Shown: positions 32,996 through 46,880 of the stretch, one piece after another | Layout of the letters: each line of letters starts with the position of its first letter | Position numbering within the stretch: the first letter of the stretch is position 1 | Position numbers and translations under genes: made by a program | Assembly (NCBI RefSeq): GCF_009914755.1 | Contig: NC_060929.1 | Source of the DNA: the human T2T-CHM13v2.0 reference genome, Homo sapiens | Direction: 5' to 3' (one strand) | DNA length: 64,000 nt | Notes under the pieces: model-generated | The model's input: the letters and a program-made list of their open reading frames with translations, nothing else | Databases searched by the model: none | Told to the model about the DNA's origin: nothing

Positions 32996-33446
32996 ATTCT
33001 CTTTAATTTTTACATGTATGTAATAGTTGTACATATGTATAGGGTACAGGTGATATTTTGATAAAAGCATCCAATGTGTAATCATCAAATCAGGGTAACT
33101 GAGATATCCATCATCTCAAAGATGTATCATTTCTTTGTGTTGGGAATATCCCAAATCTACTTCCCTAGTCATTTTGAACTATACAATAAATTATTGTTAA
33201 CTTGAGTCATCCTATTGCACTACCAAACACTAGATCTTATTCCTACTGCCTGGCTGTATTTTTGTACCCATTAACCAACTCCATCTTAGCCCCCTCTCCC
33301 CACAACCTTCTGACGCTGTGATAACCATCATTCCACTCTCTACCTTCAGAAAATCAAATATTTTAGCTCCCATATATGAGTGAGAACATGCAATATTTGC
33401 CTTTCAGTGCCTGGCTTTTTTCACTTAACACAACGTCCTCCAGTTT
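32996..33446 (-). mobile_element. L1MA 3' end fragment
   Basis: Reverse 3'UTR 'tagttgtacatatgtatagggtacaggtgatattttg...gctcccatatatgagtgagaacatg'. Confidence 0.85.
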
Positions 33447-33961
33447 TCACTAAATACAAAATTGTTGAGTGAGTGTCTGAGAGGTAGGTTCAGAGTTCTG
33501 TTTCTTTGAGCATCTACTCAATCTTTAGCACCATAAAATACGCCAGCTCTTATTCAATTAATTATTTGGACAAAAATATATATTCAATCCTCACAAGGAA
33601 TAGAGTGGTATCCTAAAGACTGAAAAACACTTTGAATAGTTTTCCTTAATATATACTTCAACAGAAGTAGAGAAAAGAAATAAAAAGGACAAAAGAGACA
33701 GAAGCTAGGAATAAAAGAAGGAGGAGAAAATTAAAGAAGAGTAACTTGAGGTATTCTTAGTAATTAACTATATTCTCTGGTCTAATATATTAAAATTTTA
33801 CCTTTCTAAGACTACCAACAATTCTGATGGAGAGAGAGGACAAAGCACTATAAATGCTTAGGCAAACTTCCAACAAACATTACACAAAGTAAATTTTCCA
33901 TTGTCTAAGAAACATGCTTTTTTCCCTAGGGTTTGTTCCGAAAGATGACCCTATTCAGAAC

Positions 33962-34540
33962 TGTAGAAAATAAAAAGTTCCTCTTCAAATTTCTCTTCTT
34001 GTTAAAGAATAAATCATAAGTGTTAGAAATAATAGTTTCTTTTAAAGACTAACTTTATGCTGGACATGCTCACAGGCACGTAGTACATTCTATGTCCTTG
34101 TACTTTAACCAAGATATCTATGCTAGACATGCTCACAGGCATGTCCCAGCTTACAGCCTATGCCCCTTCCTTATTTAGGAATGCTATTACTCTTCTAAGT
34201 CCTTTTGTAAGGAACTTCCTCTTTTCCTTTGTCTATTGCCTTTACCTATTTAGAAAAGTTTTAAATTATTAGCCAATTGGGTTTTAGTTCAGATTGTGTG
34301 GTCTGGCTCCAGCCAATGGAGACAGGACACAGTAGCAAGGACAAACTGCATACGAGATAAAAATTACTTCCCTCCTTTGTTCAGATGTGCTCTCGCCATT
34401 GTTCCATCTGTGATGAACACCCTTTCTGCACAAAGTAAAGATTGCCTTGCCGACAGAATTAAATTTATGTTTGAGTGCTATTTCTTTGCAGCACTGGGAA
34501 ACAAGCATTATGTTTCTAAATAAACATTTTACATATAACA
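33962..34540 (+). mobile_element. LTR10-family (ERV1/HERV-I) solo LTR
   Basis: TG...CA termini; opening 'tgtagaaaataaaaagttcctcttcaaa...gttaaagaataaatcataagtg' matches recalled LTR10; perfect 5 bp TSD agaac (33957-33961, 34541-34545). Confidence 0.85.
34125..34146. promoter_or_regulatory. p53 response element motif inside LTR10
   Basis: AGACATGCTC-ac-AGGCATGTCC is two RRRCWWGYYY half-sites with a 2 bp spacer; a partial second copy lies at 34062-34083. Confidence 0.65.
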
Positions 34541-34959
34541 AGAACCAACTTGCAAGTTTCAGGTCTGTTTCATGCAGATCTGAGTAGTTGGGAAAGTGTT
34601 TCAGTTTCCCTCCTCAAATTTCTTTTATTGTACTCTCTCACCATGGTCCATTTTTTTCTGACCTCACAGCCCAGTAACCAAATGTATATTTAGAAACCAG
34701 GATCTCCCTTTGCACTGTATCTTCTTAAACTGTCTGCCCAGGAAGATTCTCCAAGTTGGGATCTGCCTGGCCCAATTCTTGCTCCCCATCACTTCCAACA
34801 AGCATTAGCTGTTACATGAATCAGTTCCCTCTGGGTCTTTTTCTTTACTCAGTGACATCCAGAGGTAAAAATAAACTCACATCTGTGATGATGTAAGGGA
34901 ATTCTTGAACTCTTCACTTTGTCTTCATATGGTCAACCAATGGATGAGATTAAGAGTTT

Positions 34960-36170
<1,211 letters not shown>

Positions 36171-36344
36171 GAATTTCCAAAATGTAATAGAGTTGAAATT
36201 CATAAACATGGCATATACAGATTGTGGGATTTTCCTTTTACTTGAAGAGTCCTAAAGCTTTGTAGCAAGAACAGAAAAGTAAGCAGCTCCTAAGAGCCAA
36301 TGTGCAGTGTGGGAGAATAAAAGTTATTCATCATGAAACAGGCA

Positions 36345-36680
36345 TTTTGGTCTTTTTGGGCTACTGCAACAAAAATATCATAAACTGGGTGGCTTACAAA
36401 CAATACACTTTTATTTATGACAGTTTTAGAGACTGAGAAATCCAAGGCAACAGCAGACTTGGTGTCTGGTAAGGGCTATTTCCTGGTTCATAGATGGCAC
36501 TTTTTTTGTAGTGTCCTCACATGGAAAAGAGACTAGCTAGCTCTCTGTGGTCTCTTTTTACAAGAGTGCTAATCTCAATCATAAAGGCTTTATGCTCATG
36601 ATCTAATCACCTACCAAAGGTCCCACCACTTAATACCATTACCTTAGAGGTTAGGATTTAAATCTATGAATTTTTTGAAA
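36345..36680 (-). mobile_element. MLT1A/MST-type LTR
   Basis: Reverse MaLR LTR motifs 'aaactgggtggcttacaaacaa' and 'ctaatcacctaccaaaggtcccacc'. Confidence 0.8.
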
Positions 36681-36684
36681 ATAC

Positions 36685-37693
36685 AAAGCTGCCACAGGGT
36701 TGAGGCCACCACAGAGAGCACCTACTAGGGGAATGCTCCTTGGAGCCGTGGGGCAAGGCCACCCCCATTACCTCAGACTGGTAGGACTGTCTGCATATAC
36801 AAGTCCAGCCTGGGAGAGCCACAGGCACATGACTCCAAACCCTTGAGAGCTGGGATGAGGGCTGCACCTGGAAAGCCATGAGGGTAAAGGCTGTCCAGAA
36901 CCTTGAGGGCCCAACCTCCACCTCGCCGTGACCAGAAGGTGGAATATGCAGTCAAACAAGCTTATTCTAGAGACTTAAGATTTAATGTTGTTTGCCCTGT
37001 TGGGATTTCCAACTTACTTGGGACCTGATACCCTCTTCTTTCCTATTTCTCCATTATGAAATGGGAATGTCCTACACCTGTCTCACCATTGTATTTTGGA
37101 AGCATGTAACATGTTTGATTTCATAGCTCACGGATGGAGAGAAATCTGCCTAAGGATGAATCATACCTTGAGTCTCACCCATATCTGATTTAAATGATAT
37201 TTACACCACACTCTGAACCTTAGACTTTTGAGTTGACTGAGTTAAGACTTTCGAGGCTATTAGAATGGAATAAATGCATTTTGCATGCGAGAAGGACATG
37301 AATTTGGTGGGGCAGGTGGTGGCAGTGGTGCAGAATGTGAGTGTTCATGTTTCTCATCCAAATTCATGTTTAAATCCTAACCCTCAAGGTGATGGTATCA
37401 AGAGGCAGGGCCTTTGGAGTGATTAGATCACCAGGTCATAACGTCATAACGCTTGTGATTGGATTAGTGTCCTTATAAAAGAGATCACAGAGCTAGCTAG
37501 TCCCTCCCACCATGTGAGGACACAGTGAGAAGACATTATCTATGAGAAAGCAAGCCCTCACCAGACACCAACTCTGCTGGTGCCTTGATCTTAAACTTCT
37601 CAGTCTCCAGAACTGTGAGAAATAAATGTTTGTTGTTTATAAGCTACCTGGTTTATAAAATTTTTGTTATAGCAGCCCAAACAGACTAATTCA
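36685..37693 (+). mobile_element. MLT1A-type internal 3' part plus LTR (~37337-37693)
   Basis: MaLR-int 3' end 'gagttaagactttcgaggctattagaatgg...ggacatgaatttgg' followed by an LTR ending 'gcagcccaaacagactaattca'. Confidence 0.8.
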
Positions 37694-38254
37694 GTGGGTC
37701 TTCACAATGACATCAAATCATAAAGGGAGAATGGGTTGGAAGGCTTGCAGATTCTAAGAACTCAAGAATTCAATAAATTTCATTCAAGACTTATTCACTA
37801 TTCATCTACCACATGCCATACTCAGTGCTAAATGCTAGAGAAATAGTAGAGTCCTTCTAGAGATTTACAGTCCAGTAGGAGAAATGGACATAAAATGTAG
37901 TGCCAAAATGAAAATATATTTGCAGTGTAACTTGGAACCAAAGTTAAGAGTTCTTATTTTACCTTTGGAAGTGAGCAGGAAAGTGAGTTTAATAGAGACA
38001 AAAAAGGGAAAAACTTGAAGGACAGCAGTTCATAGTTGTAAAGTTCCTGTCTCTACAAGGCCCTTAAGGAGCATACCTAGAGACAGAACTTCTAGCAGCC
38101 TAGTGGGAGGATTACCTGAGATCAGAATCTTTGATACTATATGACCAAGATCTAGCTTAAAGATTGTTTCACTAGCTGCCTCTGATGCAGCCCATTCACT
38201 AATATGTCAAATTTCACAAATACATCAAATCTCACTATCAAAAGAAAAGAATGA

Positions 38255-38490
38255 CAGCTAATATCTATTATTTACTATGTGATAGGCAAGATTCAGAGTG
38301 GCATACATATATTTACTCATTGAATATTTACAATAACCCTTCAGTATTATAATTATTACTCCTATTTTATAAATCAGAAAATTGAGTAACAGAGAGGTTA
38401 AGTAACTTGTCCAAAGTTCACACAGCTGGTATGAGGCAGAGCCAGTATTCCAACCAAGGTACTTTGATCCTCAGCCTGTGAATTAGCAAC
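38255..38490 (-). mobile_element. MIR
   Basis: 'cctattttataaatcagaaaattgag...agaggttaagtaacttgtccaaagttcacacagctggt'. Confidence 0.8.
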
Positions 38491-39773
38491 TCTGCCTCTC
38501 AACTTACCATATTGAAAACTGAGACCAACAATAAAATATTTCCAAAGCCAAAGAGGAATTTCCAGATACTGCAATTTCAATGAGACTAAACTGAAATTGT
38601 TCACTTATCAACCATTTACGGAATCTCTGAAATTCTTTATCACAGTACTCAGGAGTTTAATTGAGAAATAATAGCTAATTACTAATTTGCTTTCCAAAAA
38701 AGATGATTCCTGCTAGTTAACATTGTTTTGTTGAGTAAAGTTTGCAAATTTAGGCTACATTACAGGAAACCACGGAATTCTAGGAGAAGCAAAAGTCTAC
38801 CACCCATCTTTCTTTTTCCTCCTTTCTCTAGTCAGTCCTCAGCCTTTTCTCTAAGTATCGAAGAATAACTTAACATTATCAATTTGATGAGGTGGTAGCC
38901 TCCCTGGACAGCCTGTATATGTAAGCTTGACCTACATCAACGACCACAGTTCATCACTGGACACTTGGTCCGCATGGAAACTGAGTGCTTGTTTGACAAA
39001 GTGACTTATTGAAAACGTACTTACTGCATTGGTCTATCCGTACATCACAGTTCTGAAGGTGGCTCCTAGGAAGGAATGAGCACCATCTGCCTGAGGCAGA
39101 CTCACTTCGAGGCTCCGAACCAGAGCAACAAGAAAACGGATATGCTGTGGGCCTGCCGGCCCCAGGCTTTTCACCCTTCCCATCCCACCTCCTCTTAGGA
39201 GGAACAGCTGGCCCCTATCTTCAGTTCATTGTAAGCCTAATGAAAATACCAGCTGCCTGAAATAAACAAAACCTATAATTGGCAGCGGTACACTTATCCC
39301 CACTCACCTGAGTCTTCAACCCATGTGCACCCAACAAATAGCCCGCAGGGATAAATGTCTGCCTGATTGGGTATTTCTGGCTGTGGAGTGAAAAGAAGAA
39401 ATCATCAGAGCCTTAAAGTTTCTTGGGGTCTTACCCCTGCTCTCTTCCCTTGTTAATATAGGAGAAAGGACACAATAGGCACATACCTGTTCACACCACC
39501 ACTTCTCCAGCCTAAGGGAGTAAGGATTTGCCTCTTCTCTCCCATGTTCTCTCTGCCAATGGTACTTCACATGCGAACAGTACTTGAGTAACAGTTTACT
39601 TTCCTATGGAAGTGCTAGAATTCATAGATGTTCTTCATCAAGCATGCTTTCTAATGTTTTCCAGTCAATGATAAATTGGAAATAGGAAAAGGAAGTTTGA
39701 ACTCAATTCTAAACAACAAGGGTTTTTCCGAGAGATATGTAAAAACAAATTTATATTCAAAAGTAAAACCATT

Positions 39774-40152
<379 letters not shown>

Positions 40153-40186
40153 TCATATACCCTCACTTTCAAGCCAAGGTTTTTGA

Positions 40187-40528
<342 letters not shown>

Positions 40529-41561
40529 AAAACTGTCAATATTTTTATTTGTCTTTCTTAGTTGGAAAATTAAAGGAAAATATTCATTTTCTAATTTTCT
40601 TAATTTTTCCCCTTAAGAGACTTGGTGAGTGTGAGGTTATTACTGTAATAACAAATATCCTTTTTCCTGCTGTGGCCTTATTCCAATAATTAAGATCCCT
40701 TCCCTTTTTTTCTGAATCGAGAAGAATTTTCTAATTGGCAAAGGGTACTACTACCTGTGGCATTACTGAGTACAATGTCACGGCAATAGGCCATGTATCC
40801 TAGCAATGTAAACTGAATAATAATATAGTAACTGGCTGAAAAGGCATTTTGTTTGGGGCACGCCGTGGACTCTCCCAAATAGCTAAGGAGCATAATTTTG
40901 ATAAATTATATAGTTTTATTGTTATTAACCTCTGTGAAAAAACATTTGATTTTCTTTATGAAAAATAGATCTACTCAGATCTTGGAGGGGAAAAAATTCT
41001 TCCTTCAATTATACATCAGTGGAAATTATGAAAACTTTGGGAAGAAACCAAAAGAAAAATCATTCCAATAAATCCAACTTTTTTCTGTTATTTTTAAAAT
41101 GAGTAATGTCATTTTGAATTCCCAAATCAGAGGGCATGTACTTTGGAGAAAAGAAAGGATGAAGATAATGATATTAGCAATTTCCTCTGAGTCAGAAAAC
41201 TTTAAAAATTTTAGATAATTAAAGAGCACCTCAATACAGAATAAAGAATAAAAGGATGTCCTGTGTTTGGAAAAATTTTATTTTAATCTTAGATGAAAAA
41301 ACTATATAAAAATGTAGTTCTAAGCCATAAAAATAAAGGAGTTCCTAAAGCAGTATCCATCACTTCTTTTCTTCAAAGTTCGTATAAGAACCTAATAAAA
41401 TTGGCCTATCCCTTCTCCGTATACCTGTTGCACACATTTACTCACCTGTTCTTTTTGTACCCTATACTAGTCTGTTATTCTCAAATTGTTTTGAATGTGT
41501 AAACCTAACTTCTGCAAATTACAAATTCTTTTAAGTCAGGGGATGTCACTTCCAGGGGATG

Positions 41562-42327
41562 TCTCACAATATCTAATGTTAGCTATATAATGAGCATTGT
41601 GCTAAGCATATTTATGACTCATTAACCCATTCTTACCTCATGTAAAATTCCTTTTTAATAACTTCCACATCCAAAGTGTTATGTGCGAAGATAAATACAT
41701 GGAAAGAAATCGCATTTTCACCCCGAAGCCCCTAAGGATCAATCAGTTCTTGATCATCACTGTAATAAATTTAGCAAGTGTAAACAACTGTGTGTCTTCT
41801 CGTTCATTCAAGCTTTTAGCATCTGGTTCAATGTCCTCCTTTCACCCAAACACTTGCCAGCAACTTGGCTGATATCAGTGTGTACATGAATGACCCAGAT
41901 GAACCTTAGCATCTGTTTTTTAGGATAATTCTCATGATATCTAATGTTAGCTATGTAATGAGCATTGTGTTATGCATATTTATGACTCATTAACCCATTC
42001 TTACCTCATGTAAAATTCCTTTTTAATAACTTCCACATCCAAAGGGTTATGGTGTGAAGATAAATACGTGGAAAGAAATTACATTTTCAGCCTGAAGCCC
42101 CTAAGGATAAAATAGTTCCTAGTCATCACTGTAATAAATTTAGCAAGTGTAAACAACTGTGTGTCTTCTCTTTCACTCAAGCCTTTAGCATCTGGTTCAA
42201 TGTGCTCCTTTCACCCCAAGACTTGCAGGCAATATCCATGTGTACATGTATGACCCAGATGAACCTTGACTTGGCTGATATTAGTGTGTACGTGAATGAC
42301 CCAGATGAACCTTAGCATCTGTTTTTT
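41562..42327. repeat. Direct tandem duplication, period ~368 bp, 2 copies
   Basis: Copy 1 is 41562-41921 and copy 2 is 41930-42327. Copy 2 has an extra internal repeat of 'tgtgtacatg.atgacccagatgaacctt'. Confidence 0.95.
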
Positions 42328-43264
42328 AATCTCTCATTTCCATCATCATAATTCCACATTAGTAAACTACTTCCATAGATAGATATGTAAACTTATTATC
42401 TTATAATTATCAACTCTTGAAACATTAAATCTTTCAATTCCGTAATTATGATCTCAGACCAATTCAGTTTCTTCAGGCTGATTTTCCCCATAAACCCTTC
42501 CAATCCTCTATTTTCTCCCAGTCCTCTCTCGTCTTGTCACCACCTTTCATATATACCCTTGATCATATCATCTACCTACCTCTTCATCCTCTATATTGCC
42601 AATATTATCATCTTTCTCCTGTTACATTTCTCTGAAAAATTCAAATCTGGACCAATGTGAAAAATTCATCTGCATCAGATTTGCAGAGTATTGTTGCTAA
42701 AAATAATACAATATTATATTACAGGTTGTTGCAACTACAAATTCATGCTCCTTGACCTCAACCAGAAATTCTACACTGGCCAGAAGTGTTTCTCTATTTA
42801 ATTTTACTTCCTAATCCTCACATCATCAACAACTACAATAATATGGTGAGTTCCTATTATTTTTCCTGCCCAAAATAGTACCCTTCCTTCTTCTAGGAAA
42901 TTCTTTTTGAACGGGAGATGGCACCTTCTTACAGATGTCATACCACTATCTGCTGTGGAGGGTTCCAAGTGGGCACCTGGGCCAAGCTTAAACAGTTTTA
43001 GTTTCCTGCTTACCCAGAAATATTTGATTGATACAGAAATGAAAATATGGCCAAAGCAGATAAAATGCAGTTCCTCCACAGATACTTTTTTAAACTAGAA
43101 GTGAAGAAGAAGAACGGTAAGGAAAAAAAACAAAACGAAAAGGGTAAGAGAAAAAAGAAGGAAGAGAACCACAATCGCAGTAGAAATGTATAAATACGGT
43201 CACATCCATAGTGACCTCTGAGAGCCAGGATCCAAACCTAAATATCTCTGATGTGGAGCCAGTT

Positions 43265-43694
43265 CTTTTTTTCTCTCTCTCTCTTTTTTTTAAATTACAT
43301 TTTAAGTTCTGGGGCACAAGTGCAGAATGTGCAGTTTTGTTACCTAGGTATACACGTGCCATGGTGGTTTGCTGCACCCATCAATCCATCACCTACATAA
43401 GGTATTTCTCCTAATGCTATCCCTCCCCTAGTCCCCCCATCCCCCGACAGGCCCCAGTGTGTGATGTCCTCCTCCCTGTGTCCATGCGTTCTCGTTGTTC
43501 ACCTCCCACTTATGAGTGAGAACACGCGGTGTTTGGTTTTCTGTTCTTGTGATAGTTTGCTGCGAATGATAGTTTCCAGCTTCATCCACGTCCCTGCAAA
43601 GGACATGAACTCATCATTTTTTATGGCTACATAATATTCCATGGTATATATGTGCCACATTTTCTTTATCCAGTCTATTACTGATGGACATTTG
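43265..43694 (-). mobile_element. L1PA7/8-like 3' end
   Basis: Reverse 3'UTR 'tacacgtgccatggtggtttgctgcacccatcaa'; T/CT-rich tail. Confidence 0.9.
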
Positions 43695-44269
43695 TCTTAA
43701 CCACTATCATACAAACACTCACAGCTCTCCCTATGCTTCCTACATGCCACCACCCCTCTCACTCAGAAGATGACCTTGAGTCCCATTTTAAACAGAAAAT
43801 ATACGTCATAAGAGGGGAACTCCTGCAAGTTCCTGCCACTACACTGGCACAGGTTTTCACGTCCACACCCTTTACTTCATCTCTATTTGATAGGATGAGA
43901 GAGAATCCCTCTCTCAGAGGCTCATCACCCCAGTGCTCTGTTTCTAGCCAGCCTGCTCAGCATTACCTGCTCCTTTGATTATTTCTGTTCTCTCCTATGT
44001 CCCCAGCCTCATTTTCATTACGCCTTTTCCCTGTCAGTATAAAATCGCACTCAAATCTTGCAATTCTTAATTAAATTTTTTTTCAGCATATCCCCATCCA
44101 AATACTATCCTGCTGTTTTCTTTCCCAAATGATCAAGTCCTTTTTCTTTCATTTGGCCTCTGGTACAGGAAACTAGATTAATCATAATTTGTGGTTCATG
44201 ATGATATGTGGTCATCATTTCAAGCCTGGTGATTTTATTTATTTGATTTCTTGCTTTTAATTCTGTAAT

Positions 44270-44960
44270 AATCTGCTTTGAAAGCACCATCTCAAACAAG
44301 AGTCAATTTCTTCAGATAAGCTCTAGCCTCTCCATCCCAGCTCCCTGGCTTTCCCCTTTCAAGCTGCCATCCTCCTGAGTCCTATGTCATTCAATCCATG
44401 GCTTTCCTTTTAATATAGTTTTACTGTATCTATGTATTCTTAAAAGTATGTTGTTTCACTTTAGTTGTTTGACCTTATAGAAAGAATGTCATTTAATATT
44501 ATAATGCCAAGATTTATCTCTTTTTAAATGCCACTCTGATTCATTTATTTTGAGTGCTATATGGTATGCCACAGCATTTACTGTTTATCAGGTTAAGGAA
44601 TTCTATTCATCTTTTTCTAACTTATGAAGAGTTTCAAAGTGATGAATGGATATTAAATATAATCAGATGTTGCCTCTGGTTTCTTTTAATATGATGAGGG
44701 GTTAGACATATTTATGGATTTTTTAATATTAAACCTTCCTCATATTCTGGGATAAACCAAAATTGGTTATAGTTCTTTATTAGTTTTAGACACTGTTTGA
44801 CTCTATGTTCTTTGTATTTATATTAATAAGTGAAACAGCCCTGTAATTTCCCTTTTCCACAATGTCTTTTTATTTTTGGTATCTGTGTTATTCAGACCAC
44901 ATAGAAGCAGCTTGGAAGAAGCTGCTCTTTGCTATTGTCTGGAAGAGTTCCTCCCCAGTA
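44270..44960 (-). mobile_element. Degraded old L1 (L1ME/L1M) fragments
   Basis: 'tttatcaggttaaggaattctattc' and 'aaaccttcctcatattctgggataaacc' resemble reverse L1 ORF2. Confidence 0.55.
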
Positions 44961-45834
44961 ATTCTGTGCTGTGGAATGCTTCGTTCTATTTCATTCATCA
45001 ACTTGTCTCCAAATGCTCCTTTCAGATTTGTTGACATTTCTTGTCCGTTAATGTCCTCTGCTCTCATATTTACCACTATATATCGAAACAGAAGATAATC
45101 CTCAAGCAATTAATTTATTGCTGCATACTATTGCAGAACATTAGTCAACGGACTAAATCTTAAACCAAGCCCTCTGGAAATTTGCAGTGCTTAACTTCAG
45201 ACGGACAAAAGAGTGCAAGTTTCACATCTCATGAATTTACATATCCCATGCAGTTGCAAGTGTTCTGCAATATATACCACCTTCTTGGGCTGAAAAGCTA
45301 AAGTTTGCAAGTATTTTTTGTAAATACAAATAAATATTTTATTTTAAAAACTATTTCTTTATATTTCAGCCACATGGGCTTCAGGAGAGTTCTGAGTTAG
45401 AAATTCAAAAGTATTTTCCCCTGACAGTCTGCCACCAGCCCCCATGTATTTTATAAGGATTAGTATTCGCTCCCAAACTTTTTGTTTGGGGGCACAGGAA
45501 AAGATTGGCCAGAATTTCAAATTTTTCCTGGAACGATTATTATTCTTTTCATTTTTTCAACTTGTATTGAAGGTCCTGATAGATAGGGGAGACAAATATT
45601 TGTGCTTAGTCAACAATTTTATATTCATATTTTCTTTATTTACAATTGGTACCTTACCAGTTTAAACTAATTCCTGATGATGTGCTGTATTCTTTTTCTA
45701 CCACCTCCTGTAGAAAATAGAAATAATATCTTACATCCAGATGACATGGATTTATTGTATGAACTAAATAGAGATGATCTCAATTCAAGTACTACCAACT
45801 AGTTACTGTAATAAAAATAGCCTTACCTGGCCCC

Positions 45835-46880
45835 TTCTTTTTCAGCCAGGGAACTATCCTACCTGTGCAGAAACTTGTTGGGTTACACACATTCCTCTGA
45901 GCCAAGACCAGCTTCTTCAGCCTCTGTCCCACAGTAGATCCCATGGGAGCCCAGTCTATTCTGTAGCCTCTCCTGCTGCAGTTGGAAAACTTTCCATTTG
46001 TGCAAGGACCTGCTGGGAGACACATGCCCACTTGAGCCAGTGTGATAGGCACAGCAGCCTCCATTTCACAGTAGATCCTGGGAGAGTATAGTCTCAGATT
46101 TTGCTCCTCCTTTTGAAGTTGAGGAATTACACCACTGGTGCAGAGACCTGCTGGGTGATGCACGTCCATCTTAGCCAAAAAGATAAGCCCATCAGCCTCC
46201 TTCCCACAGAAGATCCTGGGAGAATCTCAGTCTCAAACTCCAGTCTCTCTTACTGAATTTGGTGACCTATCCCACCTACTTAAAGATCTGCTGGAAGGCA
46301 CACCAATTTGAGCCAGCGGGACAGTCTTCTGGACTCAGGACCCTGGCCAGCATCCCCACACAGACTCAGTATCCTACTTGGTTCTTCCCCAGGTCCATCT
46401 GGGCCAGAAAGCTGCATCAACTTCAATGTCCTTGCAAGACTTGGAATAAGCTTGGGCTTAGAATGTCTTCTAGTGCTGGGACAACTGGAATGGACAGAGA
46501 ATCAGGGAACACAGCAGTCAGTATGTTTAGAATCCCTGAAAGGCCCTCTAAAGAAGGACAGACACAAACAAAGCCAAACTGTGAAGACTGAAATAGATAC
46601 CTAATCCCTCAATGTGCAGACATGATTGCATGTCTGCAAGTAGAAAATTCAGGGAAATATGACCTCACCAAACAAACAAATTAAGGTGCTAGAGACTTAC
46701 CCTAAAGTGATGGAGAGGCATAATCACTCAGACAAAGAATCAAAATAGCTGTTTTAAGGAAGTTCAGTGAACTTCAAGAAAACAGAGAATAAATTTATAA
46801 ATTTATCAGAGAAATTTAACAGAGATTGAAATAATTTTTTCAAAAATCAAACACAAATACTAAAGCTGAAAAACAAAGTG
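45835..46880 (+). mobile_element. Old L1M 5' end: 5'UTR with ~137 bp tandem monomers plus ORF1 start
   Basis: 'aaagccaaactgtgaagactgaaatagatacctaatccctcaatg...cagggaaatatgacctcaccaaac' resembles an L1MA/L1PB-type ORF1 start; repeated upstream units. Confidence 0.75.
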
